Source: Blastocladiella emersonii ATCC 22665 (taxonomy: Eukaryota > Fungi > Blastocladiomycota). Taken from it: 64,000 nt of DNA. The notes below the pieces were generated by a model, which made no database searches, was not told where the DNA came from, and saw only the letters and a program-made list of their open reading frames with translations. Position 1 is the stretch's first letter. Each line of letters opens with the position of its first letter. This document shows, in pieces, positions 61,561 to 64,000 of this stretch. The position numbers were made by a program, and so were the translations under genes. The DNA lies in NCBI GenBank assembly GCA_025594325.1, contig JANHCV010000007.1, positions 186,001 through 250,000 of the forward strand, written 5' to 3'.

Positions 61561-64000
61561 TCACGCGCCGGCACGCCGCTGCTGCTCCGCGAACTCGCGC
61601 TGCACGGCGAGATACCGCGGATCCTTGACCATCCAGCCGAACATGGACATGCGGCTCGCGACCATGGTGCGGAGGGCGCCGGCCATCTTCGCGTCGACGG
61701 GCGCGCCCGCGCGGATGCGGTGGTCGGTGAGGCACTTGAGGGCGAGGTCGCCGTCACCGAGTCGGATCGCAGCCTCGGCAAGGGACGTCCACACGTTGGC
61801 GTTGGTAATCATGCTCAAGTTGACGCGGCGAGGGCCGCCCGCGAAGATCATGTCGATGAGGCGCAGGAGCAAGTCGTGGCGGTCGGCGAACCCAATAGCG
61901 TCAGCGGCCACGGCGAGCCCCTGCTGCGTCCACATGGCGTCGATGAAGACACGATAATCGGGGCCCGGCTTGGAGCCGTGCCACGGTTCGTCCTTGTTGA
62001 CCCACGGCGGGCACACGGGCGCGTCAAAGTCAAAGAAAGTCCAGCGTCGAAGGAGCGCGACGACGCCTTCGTTGGACGCGCCTTGCGCTGTGGACACGTA
62101 GGACAGGGCGGAGATGAGGCCGCACAAGTACGTCGACGTGGTGCGCGGATCGCGGCCAATGCCGACCTTGTACAGGACGACCGAGTGGATTTGGCCGAGA
62201 AGTTCAAGCGTCGCTGGATCGCGAATGTCCATGCACCGGCGCAACCCCGTGATAAGCGCATTCCACATCGGTAGATTGATGCTCTGGTCGCCGTGCTCCT
62301 CCATAAGCTTAAGGACACGGACCAACGCGAGCGGAACGTTAGCGCGCCCGCCAGGCACGAGAAGCGGGTCGATGCGTCGCGCAAACTCGATGAGCACCTC
62401 GGGCAGCTCCTTTTCGGCGGCCTCGAGCACGCCCGAGCGCGAGTGCGGGTGCTTGCTGTCCTTGGTCCATCCGTGCAAATCATTTCGAGCACGCGGCTCG
62501 GCGCTGAGAGCATCGCTCACCGCATTGAGAGTCGCCGGATCGCGGAACCGGACCGCAGCCCGCTGAAGCGCTTGGGCCACAACCGGAGACGTTCGGTACC
62601 CGCGGCGAAGCATCTCGTAGTGTACGTCGAGCGCCGCATGAAGCAAATCAGCACGAAGCTCTGGCCCGGCCGTGGACGCGTTCGCAAGCGCGCTGATCAC
62701 GGAATTGTAGTACCAGTCGTCGCAGAGCGCCCCTCGCTTGATCGCCCGAATGACCAAGTGTGCCTCGATGATAGCGTCGTACTGACCAAGCGCCGAGAGC
62801 GCGCGAATCATGCAGTCGCAAATCTGCGAGTTCCAGTGCTTGGTGTCGTCGCCGTACTGGCCGATCAAAGCAAGCGCAGCCTCGGGATGACCCTGAGCAA
62901 TATGACGATGTGCAATGAGGCTGATATTGTCGCCGTAAACAGGGAGCCCAAGTTTGGTATAGAGCGCAAGGACCCGTTCGGCATCGGCAAGGAAGAGCTT
63001 GTTAACGAGCGCATTCGAGATCCTCGCAATGCGAGCAGAAAGGAAGTCAGGAGGGCTCGGCGGCTGCAAAGTCATTGCTTCGGTACCCGGTGCGTCGCTG
63101 GAAGCAGTCGTTCCTGCACCGGAAGACTCGGGAGCTGGCAACGACGGAGGCGGTGGGGGCTGCCGGTGAGCAACAAAATCAGCAACAATTCCCTCGACGT
63201 ACTCGACCTCGGCGTCCAAGTCTTTGGCACAAAACGCAGCGTGTAAAAGCACCTCGTTCAGGTCCATGTCTGCGTACGGTCGCGAAAGCAGCCCGCAATC
63301 AACTGCTTCGTTGTGGAGAGCGCGCACTTGATTGAGCTCACCGTTTGAGGCATGGTGCGCGATGAGAACTTTGATCACGGGGTATCGAGGGACCCCAGGA
63401 AGCTGAGCAAGCCGACGAACTTCGTCGATAAGGCGCAGCTTCCCGCAGACGCTAATGACGGCGACAATGGCATCGATGGGCGCCCACGCCGGGTCGATGA
63501 GCGAAGCAAGAAAGATGGCATCTGTGTGCTCGACGTCGCGCCGCGAAGCACCGACGCAAAGGGCAGTTAAAGCGTCTGCATGGTCAAAGAAAAGATCGTG
63601 GATCCGCGGGATGCGCTCGAGTCCTCGCAAAAGGTCGCGTAGTCCCTGGCACAACAGCAGGCGCGAGTCCTCGACCTTGGACTTGATACTTGATAATGCA
63701 ACAAGCAACGCGAGAAGCGGCTCGAGTGACTTGGGCGAAAACGGGTCAATCGCGTTCCAGTTGATTTCGGAAATTGCGTTCCGGAACATTGTCGCGTCAC
63801 CCGCAAGGACGGAAGCTTCGGCGCGCGGGATCGGATCAAGCTTTGCGCGCTCTGCCGCCTGTTCAGCGGCGAGCTTACGCGCAGCTTCCTGCTCGGCAAG
63901 TTTCCGAGCCGCCGCTTCCTCTTCCGCGCGCTTCTGGGCAGCTGCAGCTTCCGCAGCCGCAGCCTCGGCCGCAGCCTTCGCCTCCGCCTCGGCAAGCTTT
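61561..64000 (-). CDS. PPR-like helical-repeat protein, 5' end beyond the window
   Basis: Frame is open from 64000 (Ala/Glu-rich coiled coil) to TGA at 61563-61561. PPR-like segments include YNSVISALANA, CDCMIRALSALGQYDAII, MWNALITGLRRC and VWTSLAEAAIRLGD. Confidence 0.65.
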   Translation of the reverse strand, partial: KLAEAEAKAAAEAAAAEAAAAQKRAEEEAAARKLAEQEAARKLAAEQAAERAKLDPIPRAEASVLAGDATMFRNAISEINWNAIDPFSPKSLEPLLALLVALSSIKSKVEDSRLLLCQGLRDLLRGLERIPRIHDLFFDHADALTALCVGASRRDVEHTDAIFLASLIDPAWAPIDAIVAVISVCGKLRLIDEVRRLAQLPGVPRYPVIKVLIAHHASNGELNQVRALHNEAVDCGLLSRPYADMDLNEVLLHAAFCAKDLDAEVEYVEGIVADFVAHRQPPPPPSLPAPESSGAGTTASSDAPGTEAMTLQPPSPPDFLSARIARISNALVNKLFLADAERVLALYTKLGLPVYGDNISLIAHRHIAQGHPEAALALIGQYGDDTKHWNSQICDCMIRALSALGQYDAIIEAHLVIRAIKRGALCDDWYYNSVISALANASTAGPELRADLLHAALDVHYEMLRRGYRTSPVVAQALQRAAVRFRDPATLNAVSDALSAEPRARNDLHGWTKDSKHPHSRSGVLEAAEKELPEVLIEFARRIDPLLVPGGRANVPLALVRVLKLMEEHGDQSINLPMWNALITGLRRCMDIRDPATLELLGQIHSVVLYKVGIGRDPRTTSTYLCGLISALSYVSTAQGASNEGVVALLRRWTFFDFDAPVCPPWVNKDEPWHGSKPGPDYRVFIDAMWTQQGLAVAADAIGFADRHDLLLRLIDMIFAGGPRRVNLSMITNANVWTSLAEAAIRLGDGDLALKCLTDHRIRAGAPVDAKMAGALRTMVASRMSMFGWMVKDPRYLAVQREFAEQQRRAGA

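Overview
GC-rich eukaryotic genomic DNA. It has short 55-91 nt GT-AG introns with CTRAC branch points, a WASP that retains its CRIB motif, and tiny-macrocysts (Tmc)-like genes. Together these suggest an early-diverging zoosporic fungus, Blastocladiomycota-like (inference). Two large structures dominate the window. (1) A 5646-bp apparently perfect inverted repeat (13087-18732 / 44089-49734). Each arm carries the same intron-containing gene of unknown function, the identical core is bordered by clearly diverged but homologous flanks, and the arms enclose about 25 kb containing WASP, ESA1, RAD1 (9-1-1), a Rab11-FIP-like coiled-coil gene, a Tmc-like gene and several gene relics. (2) Five paralogues (about 3.8 kb each, one shared intron) of a Rad5/Rad16-type SNF2+RING protein in which the ATPase catalytic motifs are degenerate but the C3HC4 RING is kept. 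Every copy is interrupted in this sequence by a frameshift or in-frame TAG/TGA codon, yet copies 1-3 share a position-fixed promoter motif. Also present: a DUF4470-like gene plus a relic of it, an orphan protein with ubiquitin-like domains, a PPR-like gene running off the right edge, and small ABC-transporter, kinase and possibly copia relics. No rRNA, tRNA or CRISPR array was recognised. All gene models and alignments were made by eye.
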